Origin: Elusimicrobiota bacterium
GTDB lineage: Bacteria > Elusimicrobiota > Elusimicrobia > UBA1565
Length of the DNA stretch: 64,000 bases
Assembly: GCA_043827405.1 (NCBI GenBank)
Contig: JBDRPD010000108.1
Span: 1 to 64,000, forward strand
Reading direction: 5' to 3'
The translations under genes and the position numbers were made by a program. Of the stretch, positions 1 to 10,183 are shown piece after piece; the first letter of the stretch is position 1, and the number at the start of each line of letters is the position of its first letter. The notes beneath the pieces are model-generated. The model had not been told where the DNA came from. It ran no database searches and was given only the letters and a program-made list of their open reading frames with translations.

Positions 1-401
1 TCGTCGACGACCAAGCCTATCTGCCGGTGCGCATCTCCACCGGCATCACGACCGGCGAATACACCGAGGTGACCGCCGGCGTCGCCAGCAAAGACCAATT
101 CCTTTTTCTGGAAAAAGCGACCGACATCAGGCTGCAGAAGCACGAACCACCGCCGGTTATGCTCAAGGCACCGCCGACGCCGCGCTACCGCACCCCCCGC
201 CGGCGCGCTCCGCGGCGGCGGGAGGAACGCCGGCGGCAAGAGGAACGCCAACCGGTCCGCAGGAGCCGCGCTCAGGAGTCGCCGATAATCGACTTCTACC
301 CCGTCGATGACGAGGACCTCGACGAAGAGCCCGGCGTAGTAGAGATGACGCCCGAGGAAAAAAAGGACGAGGAGATCTTCCCGAGCGACTTTCAGCCCTA
401 A
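1..401 (+). CDS. 3' end of a protein, possibly an efflux RND/ABC periplasmic adaptor subunit, with a charged disordered tail (partial, starts before window)
   Basis: Frame open from base 3. YLPVRISTGITTGEYTEVTAGV resembles the C-terminal V-x-TG...TEV-x-x-G motif of membrane-fusion proteins. Arg-rich then Asp/Glu-rich tail. Confidence 0.45.
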   Translation, partial: VDDQAYLPVRISTGITTGEYTEVTAGVASKDQFLFLEKATDIRLQKHEPPPVMLKAPPTPRYRTPRRRAPRRREERRRQEERQPVRRSRAQESPIIDFYPVDDEDLDEEPGVVEMTPEEKKDEEIFPSDFQP

Positions 402-411
402 GGATACCGGT

Positions 412-1035
412 ATGCCCAACAGCACCTACTACATGAACTTTCACTTCCTGCGGCTTGATCACAGCTACCACAAGCTGATCTCCAACGAAAAAGTTGTCGC
501 CAAGCAGGATTTCCTGTCGGCGTTCGATGCCATGGCGCACCACATGCCCATCGCGACGTACGCGCTCAGCGGCCTGCGCTCCGACTGCGATATGCTGATC
601 TGGCGCGTCAGCCGCCGCCTCGAAGACCTGCACGCGATGTCCTGCCGGCTGCAGTATTCCGGCATCGGCAAATACCTGATAACCGCGCGCACCATGCTGG
701 GTACGGTCTCCGGCACACGCTATACTCCGCCGCCGCAGGAAGATACCGATGCGGACGGCGGGCCCACGGTAATCGGCAAAGCGCCGTATCTGATCGTACA
801 GCCGATACTGAAGAACACGCGCAACTCCATGCCGCAAAACGACCCCTCCTCGGAGTCGCATCTGCATATCGCGGATGCCACGGGGCTTGACGATCCGGAC
901 CATATCGTCGCCTTTGAGACCAAGGACCCGCTGGAGTTCCGTCAGTTCGCCGAATCCTGGAAGATCGCACCCGATACCCCGACCTACACCTGCATTCAGG
1001 CCGGCATTAAGGAGATCATCGACAGCTTCGGGTGA
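412..1035 (+). CDS. Chlorite dismutase/coproheme decarboxylase (Cld/HemQ-ChdC) family protein, shortened
   Basis: YALSGLRSDCDMLIWRVS and GLDDPDHIVAFETKDPLEF...DTPTYTC match the two ferredoxin-like halves of the family. AGGA SD at 401-404. Confidence 0.7.
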   Translation: MPNSTYYMNFHFLRLDHSYHKLISNEKVVAKQDFLSAFDAMAHHMPIATYALSGLRSDCDMLIWRVSRRLEDLHAMSCRLQYSGIGKYLITARTMLGTVSGTRYTPPPQEDTDADGGPTVIGKAPYLIVQPILKNTRNSMPQNDPSSESHLHIADATGLDDPDHIVAFETKDPLEFRQFAESWKIAPDTPTYTCIQAGIKEIIDSFG

Positions 1036-3467
1036 AGAACAAGTTCTTCTGTCTCCACGCACACTTCGACCTGCCGCCGCAGGACAGCCCCTGGCTCGAT
1101 ACCCCCGATCCTGATCCGTCCGCTGCGCCCTATCCGGACGCCTACTCCCGCATGCTGCATACCTGCGCCGGGCCGAACACGGCGAGCCCCCTGCTGGACG
1201 AAGAAGGACGCATCCTCAAGTTCGTCAACAACCTAGCGCACCTCAGCTTCGACTTTGCGCCGCACTGGCTGACCTGGATCGAGCGGACCTTCCCGCGGGT
1301 CTACGAGAGGATTCTTGAAGCCGACCGCCTGAGCCGTGAGCAGCATGCGGGTCATGGCAGCGCCATCGCCGCCGCCTCGCCCGCGCTCATCCTGCCGCTG
1401 GAATCCGCCGCGAACAAGCGTACGGCGATACGCTGGGGCATGCACGATTTCCGCCGCCGGTTCGGGCGCGAGGCGGAAGGGTTTTGGCTCCCGGAGAACG
1501 CGGCGGACGCCGGAACGCTCGAGGCGCTCATTGATGCGGGCATCCGCTTCACGCTTTTGTCGCCCGCACAGGCCGCGCAGGTACGGCCCGCCGGCTCCAC
1601 AGCGGACAAGGACTGGCTGGAAGTGGTCCCCGACACGCTCGACACAACGCGCCCCTACCGCTGGATCTCACCCGCCGATCCGGCCCGCCGGCTCGCCGTA
1701 TTTTTCTATCGCCTAAACCTCGATCCGGCCAGGATTTACGCCAAGCTGCCGCTGGCCGTCTCGACGCCGGAGCCGCTCAAGACCGCGCGCGAACAGGTCA
1801 TCGACGTCGGGCAGCGCTTCGCCAACCGCCTGGTGGATTCCCTCACCGCCAACGACGCGCGGGAGCTGAGCCATGCCGCGATTGACGGCGAGCTCTTCGG
1901 CCACCTCCGGCTTAACGGCAACCGCGCCCTCACCTACGCCCTCGATACCCTGCTGCGCGAAGCGCCGGCGCGCTGGACCAACTACGGCGAATACCTGGAC
2001 AATGTTCCGCCGCCGCAGGAAGTGCGGCTGCACCCGCTCAGCTCCCGCTCCTGCCCGCACGGCGTGCAGCGCTGGAGCGGCGACTGCGGCTGCGGTGAAC
2101 TCCCCCCCGCGGCGCCGTGGCGCGCCCCGCTGCGTGAAGCCCTCGAGGCCTTGGGCCGGGACCTGGACGAGCGATATTGGGAACTCGGAAAGCCGCTGTT
2201 TTGGGACGCCGCGGAGGCGCGCGACGCCTACGGCGCCCTCATCACCGCGCCGCCCGGGACGCGCACCGCCGGCTTCCTCGATGAACAAACCGCGAAACAT
2301 CTTACGCCGCAGGAAGCCCGCACCGCGCTGCGCCTGTGCGAAATGCAGCGCTGGCGCCTGCGCATGCTGGAGCACTGGGCCTGGCAGGAGGATGACCCGG
2401 CGGCAGCGACCGGACTGCGCATACTGGCATGCGCGGGAAAGGCGCTGCACGTCCTATCGCTGATCGACGACACCGCCCAGGAGTTGGAGAAAGGATTTAT
2501 CGAGCGCCTCGCGCGCTGCCCCTCCAAGGAGACCACCGGCCCGAACGCCGCCGAGATCTACAACCGGATCGTCCGCCCGGCGCGCGCCGACGCCCGCCGG
2601 GCCCTCGCCCACTACGCGGTCTCCGATCATATGGAAGCGGGGCCGATGCCCAACGCGGGGCTGGGCCTGCCCGGGCGCCGGGCGGCGACGTCGTTCACCG
2701 CCGGCATCGAACCGCTGCTGCGCCGCACCCGCCGCGCCGGCCGCGGCATGAACAGCCTGGCGGTCTGCCGCATCGGGGTCCGGCAGCCATGGACTTTCGA
2801 GCAAGCGCAAGGGCTGACGGCGGTCTTCCACTCCCAGGACGCCGACATCGAGTGCTGGACGCGCGAGGAGCACGACACGGATCGCGACCGGCGGATCGCC
2901 GCCGAACTCGACCGCGCTTTCCTCGGCCAGTCACCCGCCGATTTCCGCGCGACCGCCGGCCGCTTGTTCGCGGCGGACCCGTGGACTTTGGACGCGCTTT
3001 TTCCCGCCGCCCGCCGCCGAGCCGTCCTCCGGCTGCTGCCGCGCGGCAGCGCGGCACAGCGCGACTACTTCATCGCCTGGTACGCGAATCTGCGGCGCCT
3101 GCGCGCCGAGCCGCACTGTGCGCAGGAGCTGGCCGAACGGCTGGCCGCGGCGCCGGAGCTCGGCTTGTCGGCCGATTCCCTGCCCGACATCGACATCTTC
3201 CGCGAAGCGGTGCGCGCGGCCGCGCTCGCTTTCGCGCGCGCGCCGGCGGCCGGCACGCTCGCCGATCTGGCGCATCTCCTCGACAGCGCCGAGCATGCCG
3301 GACTGCATCTGCCGCTGTGGGAGATCCAGGAGCTAGCGTGGTCGGGCGTGCGGCGGCTAAAAGACGCGGCGGACGCCGCGGATATTCACCGGCTCGTGCA
3401 AATACTCGGCATCGCGCAAGCCGCACCACCACCGCCAAGCGAGACGGCGGCCGTACCGGAGGCATAA
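1032..3467 (+). CDS. Glycoside hydrolase family 57 / DUF3536-type protein
   Basis: HAHFDLP N-terminal motif, GFWLPENA (nucleophile Glu), DGELFGH (acid/base Asp), SCPHGVQRWSGDCGC. GTG start overlaps upstream stop. Confidence 0.8.
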   Translation: MKNKFFCLHAHFDLPPQDSPWLDTPDPDPSAAPYPDAYSRMLHTCAGPNTASPLLDEEGRILKFVNNLAHLSFDFAPHWLTWIERTFPRVYERILEADRLSREQHAGHGSAIAAASPALILPLESAANKRTAIRWGMHDFRRRFGREAEGFWLPENAADAGTLEALIDAGIRFTLLSPAQAAQVRPAGSTADKDWLEVVPDTLDTTRPYRWISPADPARRLAVFFYRLNLDPARIYAKLPLAVSTPEPLKTAREQVIDVGQRFANRLVDSLTANDARELSHAAIDGELFGHLRLNGNRALTYALDTLLREAPARWTNYGEYLDNVPPPQEVRLHPLSSRSCPHGVQRWSGDCGCGELPPAAPWRAPLREALEALGRDLDERYWELGKPLFWDAAEARDAYGALITAPPGTRTAGFLDEQTAKHLTPQEARTALRLCEMQRWRLRMLEHWAWQEDDPAAATGLRILACAGKALHVLSLIDDTAQELEKGFIERLARCPSKETTGPNAAEIYNRIVRPARADARRALAHYAVSDHMEAGPMPNAGLGLPGRRAATSFTAGIEPLLRRTRRAGRGMNSLAVCRIGVRQPWTFEQAQGLTAVFHSQDADIECWTREEHDTDRDRRIAAELDRAFLGQSPADFRATAGRLFAADPWTLDALFPAARRRAVLRLLPRGSAAQRDYFIAWYANLRRLRAEPHCAQELAERLAAAPELGLSADSLPDIDIFREAVRAAALAFARAPAAGTLADLAHLLDSAEHAGLHLPLWEIQELAWSGVRRLKDAADAADIHRLVQILGIAQAAPPPPSETAAVPEA

Positions 3468-3468
3468 T

Positions 3469-4413
3469 ATGATTACCCGCAAACTCAAGCTGAAAAACGA
3501 CCAGGAGGCGCTCCAGCTGCTGGGAGCGCAGGACGCGCAGCTGCGTGATCTCGAGCAGGAGCACGGCGTCGAGATCTTCGTGCGCCATGATCCGGACGGA
3601 GAAGACCTCTACCTCTCCGTGCGCGGCACGTCCCCCCGCGTGCAAAAGACGCTCCAGCAGCTCACCCGCCGGCTCACCGCGCTGCGCACGGGCGAAAATC
3701 ACGACGCAGCGGCGCCGCCGTCCGCCCTGGACCCGCAGCCGCCCAAGGACGCCGTACATGTCACCGCCTACGGCAGCGCCGTCCGGCCGCGCGGGCCGCG
3801 GCAAAAAGCCTTCGTGGACGCCATCCTCGCGGGAAAAGTGACTTTCGGGATCGGGCCCGCCGGCACCGGGAAAACCTTCCTGGCCGTCGCCTGCGCTTTG
3901 CGGGCGCTCAACGCCCACGAGGTGACGCGCATCGTGCTCACGCGTCCGGTCGTCGAAGCGGGAGAGAAGCTCGGTTTCCTGCCGGGCGACTTCTACGATA
4001 AAGTCCACCCTTATCTCAAGCCGCTCTACGACGCTTTCTATACCATGCTCGGCCCGGACAAGTTCCGCATGTGGCAGAGCAACGAGATCGTCGAAGTCGT
4101 ACCACTGGCGTATATGCGCGGACGCACCCTGGACAACGCCTTCATCATCCTGGACGAAGCCCAGAACACGACGCTGGAGCAGATGAAGATGTTCCTCACC
4201 CGTATGGGCCGGGGATCGCGCATCGTGGTGACCGGAGACATCACCCAGATCGACCTGGACTCGCCGAAGCGCTCGGGGCTGGTGCGCATACGCAAAATTC
4301 TCCAGTCGATATCCGACATCGAATTCGTGTACTTGACGGAGGAGGACGTTGTGCGCCATCCGATCGTACGTCGAATCGTCCACGCCTTCGAAAACTGGGA
4401 GAAGAACCGTTGA
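3469..4413 (+). CDS. phoH: PhoH family ATPase
   Basis: GPAGTGKT Walker A, LTRPVVEAGEKLGFLPGD, YMRGRTL, ILDEAQN, GDITQIDL. Confidence 0.95.
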   Translation: MITRKLKLKNDQEALQLLGAQDAQLRDLEQEHGVEIFVRHDPDGEDLYLSVRGTSPRVQKTLQQLTRRLTALRTGENHDAAAPPSALDPQPPKDAVHVTAYGSAVRPRGPRQKAFVDAILAGKVTFGIGPAGTGKTFLAVACALRALNAHEVTRIVLTRPVVEAGEKLGFLPGDFYDKVHPYLKPLYDAFYTMLGPDKFRMWQSNEIVEVVPLAYMRGRTLDNAFIILDEAQNTTLEQMKMFLTRMGRGSRIVVTGDITQIDLDSPKRSGLVRIRKILQSISDIEFVYLTEEDVVRHPIVRRIVHAFENWEKNR

Positions 4414-4853
4414 ATATCCTAATTTCCCCCGCCGGGAAGCTGATGTCCCGTCAGCGCGGGCTGGTACGCCGCGCCGTCCGCGCCGCGCTGGGAGCGCGCA
4501 GGCAGCGCCGCGGCGAGCTCTGCGTGATCTTTGTCTCTGACGGACGGATGCGCCGGCTTAATCGCGAACATCTCGGCAAGGACCGGCCCACCGACGTCCT
4601 GGCGTTCCCCTATGACCCCGAGCCCGGCTCCGCGGCGCCGCCTTTCGGCGATATCTTTATCGCGCTGGGCGTCGCCCGGAGGCAAGCGCGCGCGCTCAAA
4701 CACGACGAGCTCACCGAATGGATGACCCTCGCCGTGCACGGCGTGCTGCATCTGGTGGGTTACGACGACCGGCGGGCCGCCGCTAAAAAACGCATGTTTG
4801 ACCGGCAGAGCCGGATCATGCGGCGCCTGCGCCCTCGCGCCTTCAACGGCTGA
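4410..4853 (+). CDS. ybeY: rRNA maturation endoribonuclease YbeY
   Basis: LNREHLGKDRPTDVLAF, GDIFI, HGVLHLVGYDD. Follows phoH. Start taken as TTG 4410 overlapping the phoH stop (start uncertain). Confidence 0.9.
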   Translation: MNILISPAGKLMSRQRGLVRRAVRAALGARRQRRGELCVIFVSDGRMRRLNREHLGKDRPTDVLAFPYDPEPGSAAPPFGDIFIALGVARRQARALKHDELTEWMTLAVHGVLHLVGYDDRRAAAKKRMFDRQSRIMRRLRPRAFNG

Positions 4854-5301
4854 GCGCGCCTTCCCGGCGGCAGCGCCACCACAGCTTCCAGGTAACGAGG
4901 GAAGCCCCCGCCAGCGCCGAACCTATGCCGACGTAGAGCGCTCCCAGAAAGGGCCGCGGCAGCGGCGAAGCGCGCAGGACCTTCCCCAAGCACATAAAGA
5001 ACACCACCAAGCCCCAGGTACGCCACGAGAATACGGAACCCAGACAGCGATCGTCGCCGCTGTCGATGATGCGTTGGCCGTTGGTCGCCGCGCGGGGCGC
5101 CAAGACGAAGCGGCCCTTGACGGCGCCGATGATCAGCCCGGCCGCCAACAGCAGCGCCGCCTGCGTGCCGCCGGCCTCTACCAGCCAGCCCGCGCCGGCC
5201 GCGAATAGACCGCAGCCGACGCACGACCAGACCAGCGACGCGACCATTAGCCGCGTCAGCCGCGACGCCCGCGGCTTATACTTCTGCCGCAAGCTCGTCA
5301 T
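4843..5301 (-). CDS. Small integral membrane protein (about 4 TM), function unknown
   Basis: 152 aa ORF with four hydrophobic segments, filling the gap between ybeY and the CPBP gene. Confidence 0.7.
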   Translation of the reverse strand: MTSLRQKYKPRASRLTRLMVASLVWSCVGCGLFAAGAGWLVEAGGTQAALLLAAGLIIGAVKGRFVLAPRAATNGQRIIDSGDDRCLGSVFSWRTWGLVVFFMCLGKVLRASPLPRPFLGALYVGIGSALAGASLVTWKLWWRCRREGALSR

Positions 5302-5415
5302 CTTCGCCGCGCCGCGCCGCTGCTCCTTGCCATGCAGATATTATGGCCGATTCGCCGTGAAAGATGAAGGCCGGGAGGGGTCGCGCCGCACGCATGGAGT
5401 ATGCTTTTCTACCGC

Positions 5416-5997
5416 ATGCCCGCACCCCGCCCGCTCGACCGCCTCCCTGACGGCGCCGCTTTCGCCGCCATCGAGCTCGCCCTGGCCGGAGCGGGACTGG
5501 CGGCGGCGCGCCTCATCTACGGCCCGTTCACCGGCCTACGGGCGGATATCGACCTCCGCTCAACGGCCCTGGCCGCCGCCTTAAGCCTTCCCCTGCTCGC
5601 TTTCGCCGCGCTCGCCGCCTCCCGGCGCGGCGTGGCTCTGCCGGGACTGCGCCGCATCTACCATGACCTCAAGGATTCGCCGATCGGGGACTATATCCGC
5701 CGCGGGACCTGGCCGTCTTTTCTGCTGCTGTCGCTGTGCGCGGGCGGGATGGAAGAACTGCTGTTTCGGGCCGTGCTGCAGACCCACTGGGGAATCTGGC
5801 TCACCGCCCTGGCCTTCGGCCTTTTTCACGCCCTCTCTCCGGCCTATTTCGCGGCGGCGACCCTGATCGGCCTCTACCTCGGCTGGACATTTCCGTTCGC
5901 GGACGGCAACCTCTACGTCCCGGCGCTTATCCACGCCCTTTACGATTTTATCGTCCTGCTCTTATACCGCCGGAGAATGCGAGCCGAAAGCGGGTAA
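5416..5997 (+). CDS. CPBP/CAAX family intramembrane glutamic endopeptidase
   Basis: EELLFR, FGLFH and HALYD motifs in a hydrophobic protein. Start 5416 or 5401. Confidence 0.9.
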   Translation: MPAPRPLDRLPDGAAFAAIELALAGAGLAAARLIYGPFTGLRADIDLRSTALAAALSLPLLAFAALAASRRGVALPGLRRIYHDLKDSPIGDYIRRGTWPSFLLLSLCAGGMEELLFRAVLQTHWGIWLTALAFGLFHALSPAYFAAATLIGLYLGWTFPFADGNLYVPALIHALYDFIVLLLYRRRMRAESG

Positions 5998-5998
5998 A

Positions 5999-6007
5999 TG
6001 ATATAAT
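5999..6007 (+). promoter_or_regulatory. Extended -10 promoter for leuS
   Basis: TGaTATAAT, 12 nt upstream of the leuS ATG, no SD. Confidence 0.6.
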
Positions 6008-6019
6008 GGCGCTTCCGCT

Positions 6020-8545
6020 ATGCCTGCGACCCTAGAGCACGCCGAAATGGAGAAAAAGTGGCAGTCCCGCTGGGAAGAGGCGGGCCTGTTCCGCACTCCC
6101 GAGACGCCGCGGCCCGAGAAGAAATTCTACTGCCTCGACATGTTCCCCTATCCCTCGGCCAACGGCCTGCATATCGGCCATCCCGAGGGCTATACCGCGA
6201 CTGACATCCTCTGCCGCTATAAGAGGATGAACGGCTTCGATGTGCTGCATCCCATGGGCTGGGACGCCTTCGGCCTGCCGGCCGAGAATTTCGCGATCCA
6301 GACCGGCACCCATCCGCGAGTCGTCACCCAGGACAATATCAAGAACTTCCAGCGCCAGATCCGCGCCCTCGGCTTCAGCTACGATTGGGACCGCGAGGTC
6401 GACACCACCGACCCGGACTATTACCGCTGGACCCAGTGGATTTTCCTCCAGCTGCACAAAAAAGGGCTCGCCTACGAGAGCGAGATCCCCATCAACTGGT
6501 GCCCCTCCTGCAAAACAGGCCTGGCCAACGAAGAGGTTTTCGGCGGCGCCTGTGAGCGCTGCAGCACCAACGTCGAGCGCAAGAACATGCGCCAATGGCA
6601 GCTCCGGATCACGGCCTACGCGGACCGCCTGCTGGCGGACCTCGAAGGCCTGGACTGGCCCGAATCGACCATCGCGATGCAGCGCAATTGGATCGGCCGC
6701 TCCGAGGGCGCCGAAGTCCCGTTCAAGTGCGGCGCGCATACGATCAGCGTTTTTACCACCCGGCCCGACACCCTCTACGGCGCCACCTACATGGTTCTGG
6801 CGCCGGAGCACCCGCTGGTCGCCGCCATAACGACCGACGAGCAGCGCGGCGAGGTCGAAGCCTATATCGAGCAGGCGCGCAGCAAAAGCGAGATCGAGCG
6901 CACGGAAATTCTCAAGGAAAAAACCGGCGTTCATACCGGGGCCAGCGCCGTCAACCCGGTCAACGGCCGCGAGATTCCGGTTTGGATCGCGGATTACGTG
7001 CTGGCGAGCTACGGCACCGGCGCCATCATGGCGGTCCCCGCGCATGACCAGCGCGACTTCGACTTCGCGACGAAATACGACCTGCCTAAAGTCAAAGTCG
7101 TCGAGCCGCCGGCGGGAACCTGGAAGAAGCTGCCGGAGATGCTGGACAAGATGGCTTTCGTCGGCGAAGGCAGGGCCGTTAACTCCGGACCCCTCGACGG
7201 GCTGCCGACCCGGGAAGCCATCAGGAAAATGACCGCCCATCTCGAGGAAAACAAGCTCGGCCGCGGCGCCGTCTCCTACCGCCTGCGCGACTGGGTCTTT
7301 TCGCGGCAGCGCTACTGGGGCGAGCCCATCCCGATCGTGCATTGCGCGAAATGCGGCGTCGTCCCGGTGCCGGAAGAGCAGCTGCCGGTGCTGCTGCCGG
7401 ATATCCGGAACTACAAGCCCACCGGGACCGGGGAGTCCCCCTTGGCCGCCGTCCATGTCTGGGTCAATACCAACTGCCCGAAATGCGGCGGTGCCGCCAA
7501 ACGCGAAACCAACACCATGCCGCAGTGGGCGGGCTCCTGCTGGTACTATCTGCGCTTTCTCGATTCGCGCAACGCATCGGCCGCCTGGTCGGCGGAAAAG
7601 GAAAAGAGCTGGATGCCGGTCGACTGCTACGTGGGCGGCGCCGAGCATGCCGTGCTGCATCTTCTCTACGCCCGCTTCTGGCATAAAGTCCTTTTCGATC
7701 TGGGTCTCGTAACCACGAAAGAACCCTTTCAAAAACTACGGCACCAGGGGATGATCCTGTCCTTCTCCTACCGCGACAAGCGGGGAGTCTATCACGCCTA
7801 CGACGAGGTTGAGCATACCGATGGCGGCAAGGCGATGCTCCGGGACACCGAGGAGCATCTGGTCACCCAGATAGAAAAGATGTCCAAGTCCAAAAAGAAC
7901 GTCGTCAATCCCGACGACGTCCTCAAGACCTACGGCGCCGACGTCCTGCGCCTCTATGAGATGTTCCTCGGCCCCTTCGCCGACTCCAAGCCCTGGGATA
8001 CAAAGGATATTATGGGCCGCGTCCGCTTCCTGCGCCGCACTCAGCATCTGTTCGCCGATCCCGCCGCCCTCGACGAAGGAGAGGGGCTCAAGACGCTGCG
8101 CCACAAGACGATCCAGAAGGTCGGCGCCGACATCGAGGCCTTCCGCTTCAACACCGCCATCAGCGCCCTCGACATCTATCTTAACGACCTCTATGCGAAT
8201 AAGCCCGTCGCCCGCGTCGACGCGGAGACGTTCCTGACGCTGCTCAATCCGTTCGCGCCGCATTTGACCGAGGAGCTCTGGGAGGCGCTCGGCAACAAGC
8301 CCTTCCTTTCGGCACAAGGCTGGCCGGCATACGACCCGGAACAGACGAAGGGAGACACCGCGGAGATCGTCGTCCAGATAAACGGCAAGCTGCGGGACAA
8401 GCTGCAGGTGGCCGCCGGCGCATCCCGCGACGAGCTCGAGAAAGCCGCCCTCGCGCTGCCGAAGATCCAGCAGCTGACCGCCGACAAGCGCGTCGTCAAG
8501 GTCATCGTCGTCCCCGAACGCCTGGTGAATATCGTGATCAAATGA
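6020..8545 (+). CDS. leuS: Leucine--tRNA ligase
   Basis: MFPYPSANGLHIGH, GWDAFGLPAEN, FTTRPDT editing domain, SRQRYWGEPIP, KMSKS. Confidence 0.98.
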   Translation: MPATLEHAEMEKKWQSRWEEAGLFRTPETPRPEKKFYCLDMFPYPSANGLHIGHPEGYTATDILCRYKRMNGFDVLHPMGWDAFGLPAENFAIQTGTHPRVVTQDNIKNFQRQIRALGFSYDWDREVDTTDPDYYRWTQWIFLQLHKKGLAYESEIPINWCPSCKTGLANEEVFGGACERCSTNVERKNMRQWQLRITAYADRLLADLEGLDWPESTIAMQRNWIGRSEGAEVPFKCGAHTISVFTTRPDTLYGATYMVLAPEHPLVAAITTDEQRGEVEAYIEQARSKSEIERTEILKEKTGVHTGASAVNPVNGREIPVWIADYVLASYGTGAIMAVPAHDQRDFDFATKYDLPKVKVVEPPAGTWKKLPEMLDKMAFVGEGRAVNSGPLDGLPTREAIRKMTAHLEENKLGRGAVSYRLRDWVFSRQRYWGEPIPIVHCAKCGVVPVPEEQLPVLLPDIRNYKPTGTGESPLAAVHVWVNTNCPKCGGAAKRETNTMPQWAGSCWYYLRFLDSRNASAAWSAEKEKSWMPVDCYVGGAEHAVLHLLYARFWHKVLFDLGLVTTKEPFQKLRHQGMILSFSYRDKRGVYHAYDEVEHTDGGKAMLRDTEEHLVTQIEKMSKSKKNVVNPDDVLKTYGADVLRLYEMFLGPFADSKPWDTKDIMGRVRFLRRTQHLFADPAALDEGEGLKTLRHKTIQKVGADIEAFRFNTAISALDIYLNDLYANKPVARVDAETFLTLLNPFAPHLTEELWEALGNKPFLSAQGWPAYDPEQTKGDTAEIVVQINGKLRDKLQVAAGASRDELEKAALALPKIQQLTADKRVVKVIVVPERLVNIVIK

Positions 8546-9174
8546 ACAGGATAACCGCCGCCCTATGCCTCACCTTGGCCGCCGGGCTGGGCGCCGGACT
8601 AACCGGCTGCGCGGACGAAGATGTCCGCTACACCCCGCGCAAGCAGATCCTGCCCGCGCACATTAAACGCATCGCGATCCGGCCCATCATCAATAAGACC
8701 CCGCAGTTCGGCCTCGAGGACAAATTCATACTGCGCATCCGTGACGAGTTCCTGCGCAACGGCCTCTACCAGATCGTCCCGGAGCCGGAAGCCGACGGCC
8801 TGGTCATGGTGACGATCATGCGCTACATCCTCATCCCGACGCAGTACGACTCGGTGCTGACGCCGACCGCGTACAAGCTCCGCTTACTCATCGACCTGGA
8901 TTTCATCGACCGCACCAACAATACCATCCTTTTCCGCGAGCCGAACCTGGAAAGCATCCAGTCCTATTCCGCCTCCACCGTAGCCGGCGGCATTACAGAG
9001 GAAGAGGCCCGTGAACTGATCTGGGACGTCCTGGCCCGCGACATAGTCAAGCGGGTCGTGGAAGGCTTCGGCTCAGTCACGGGAGCTTCGCAGCGCAGCG
9101 TATCCGGCGAGTCTCCGCCCGACCAGGAACAACCGGCGCTGCCGTCTCGACCCGTAAATCCCAACATCTACTGA
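8542..9174 (+). CDS. lptE: LptE family lipoprotein
   Basis: Lipobox LTGC. Sits in the conserved leuS-lptE-holA order. LPAHIKRIAIRPIINKT resembles LptE-like proteins. Confidence 0.7.
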   Translation: MNRITAALCLTLAAGLGAGLTGCADEDVRYTPRKQILPAHIKRIAIRPIINKTPQFGLEDKFILRIRDEFLRNGLYQIVPEPEADGLVMVTIMRYILIPTQYDSVLTPTAYKLRLLIDLDFIDRTNNTILFREPNLESIQSYSASTVAGGITEEEARELIWDVLARDIVKRVVEGFGSVTGASQRSVSGESPPDQEQPALPSRPVNPNIY

Positions 9175-9184
9175 CCGCGCGGCC

Positions 9185-10183
9185 ATGTCCTCATTGACGC
9201 CCCGTGACCTGGCCGCCGAATGGAAAAAGGGCTCCTTTCGTCCCGTCTACTATTTCTTCGGTGAGGACGCGGGCTCCAAGAACTCCGCGATCCAGGTGCT
9301 GCGGCGGACGCTGCAATCCGACGACTTTAACACCAGCGAGTTCTCCGGGGACTCCGACGATCAGGCCGAAGAGATCGCATCCACCTGCCTGACGCCGCCG
9401 ATGTTCTCGGCCCGGCGCCTGGTTATCGTGCGCAACATCCACCTGGGCGTCCGCGGACGCAAACGCCTGGCCGATTATCTGCGCGCTCCGCTCGAGACCA
9501 CGACCCTGGTAATGTCCACCGACGACAAGAAGCCGACAGCCAAGGATGTCCTCGCCGCCGGCGTACAGGCGCTGGGCGGCATCGTCCTGTTCGAGCCGCT
9601 GTCGCCCGGCAAAGCGGTCGCGCGCCTGCAGGAAGAGGCCTGCCGCGCCGGCTTCGAACTCGCACCGGACGCCGCCGAACTGCTGGTTGAGGAATCCGGC
9701 AGCGCCTGGGGAATCCTGCGCTCGGAGCTTAAGAAGATTCAGCTCTTCGTCCAGGGCCGCCCTTCCGCGAACGTCGACGACGTCGCGGCCTGTCTCGGCT
9801 ACCGGCAGCAGACCGATCTCTTCGATCTTCCCCGCAGTCTTGAGAAGCGGGACGCCGCGCGCGCCCTGGACGTTCTGCGCTGCCTGCTGCGGGAAGGCCA
9901 CAGCCCGTTCTCGCTGCTCTTCCGCGTCACCCAGACCGTACGCAAGCAATTGAAGGCCCATCGCATGGTGAAGAGCGGCGCCCCCCAAGACAAGATCGCC
10001 CGGGAGCTAAGAATGCGCTACGTGCAGGATTATCTGAACGCCGCCGCGCGGCTCGGAGAGCCGCGGCTGATCCTGACGCTGAAGGACTGCCTGGAGACAG
10101 AAATAGCCCTCAAATCAAAGTCCTGGCTCGATGCTTCCATCGAGCTGGAGAACCTCGTTCTGAAGGTCTGCGGAAAGGCCTAG
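9185..10183 (+). CDS. holA: DNA polymerase III subunit delta
   Basis: PVYYFFGED, TPPMFSARRLVIVR, ELKKI, C-terminal LENLVLKVC. Synteny with leuS-lptE and rpsT. Confidence 0.9.
   Translation: MSSLTPRDLAAEWKKGSFRPVYYFFGEDAGSKNSAIQVLRRTLQSDDFNTSEFSGDSDDQAEEIASTCLTPPMFSARRLVIVRNIHLGVRGRKRLADYLRAPLETTTLVMSTDDKKPTAKDVLAAGVQALGGIVLFEPLSPGKAVARLQEEACRAGFELAPDAAELLVEESGSAWGILRSELKKIQLFVQGRPSANVDDVAACLGYRQQTDLFDLPRSLEKRDAARALDVLRCLLREGHSPFSLLFRVTQTVRKQLKAHRMVKSGAPQDKIARELRMRYVQDYLNAAARLGEPRLILTLKDCLETEIALKSKSWLDASIELENLVLKVCGKA

Noticed and set aside
401..408. AGGATACC recurring before starts at 412, 40189 and 31268(-)
   Set aside because: Most simply an AGGA Shine-Dalgarno plus spacer; too few instances to call a separate motif.
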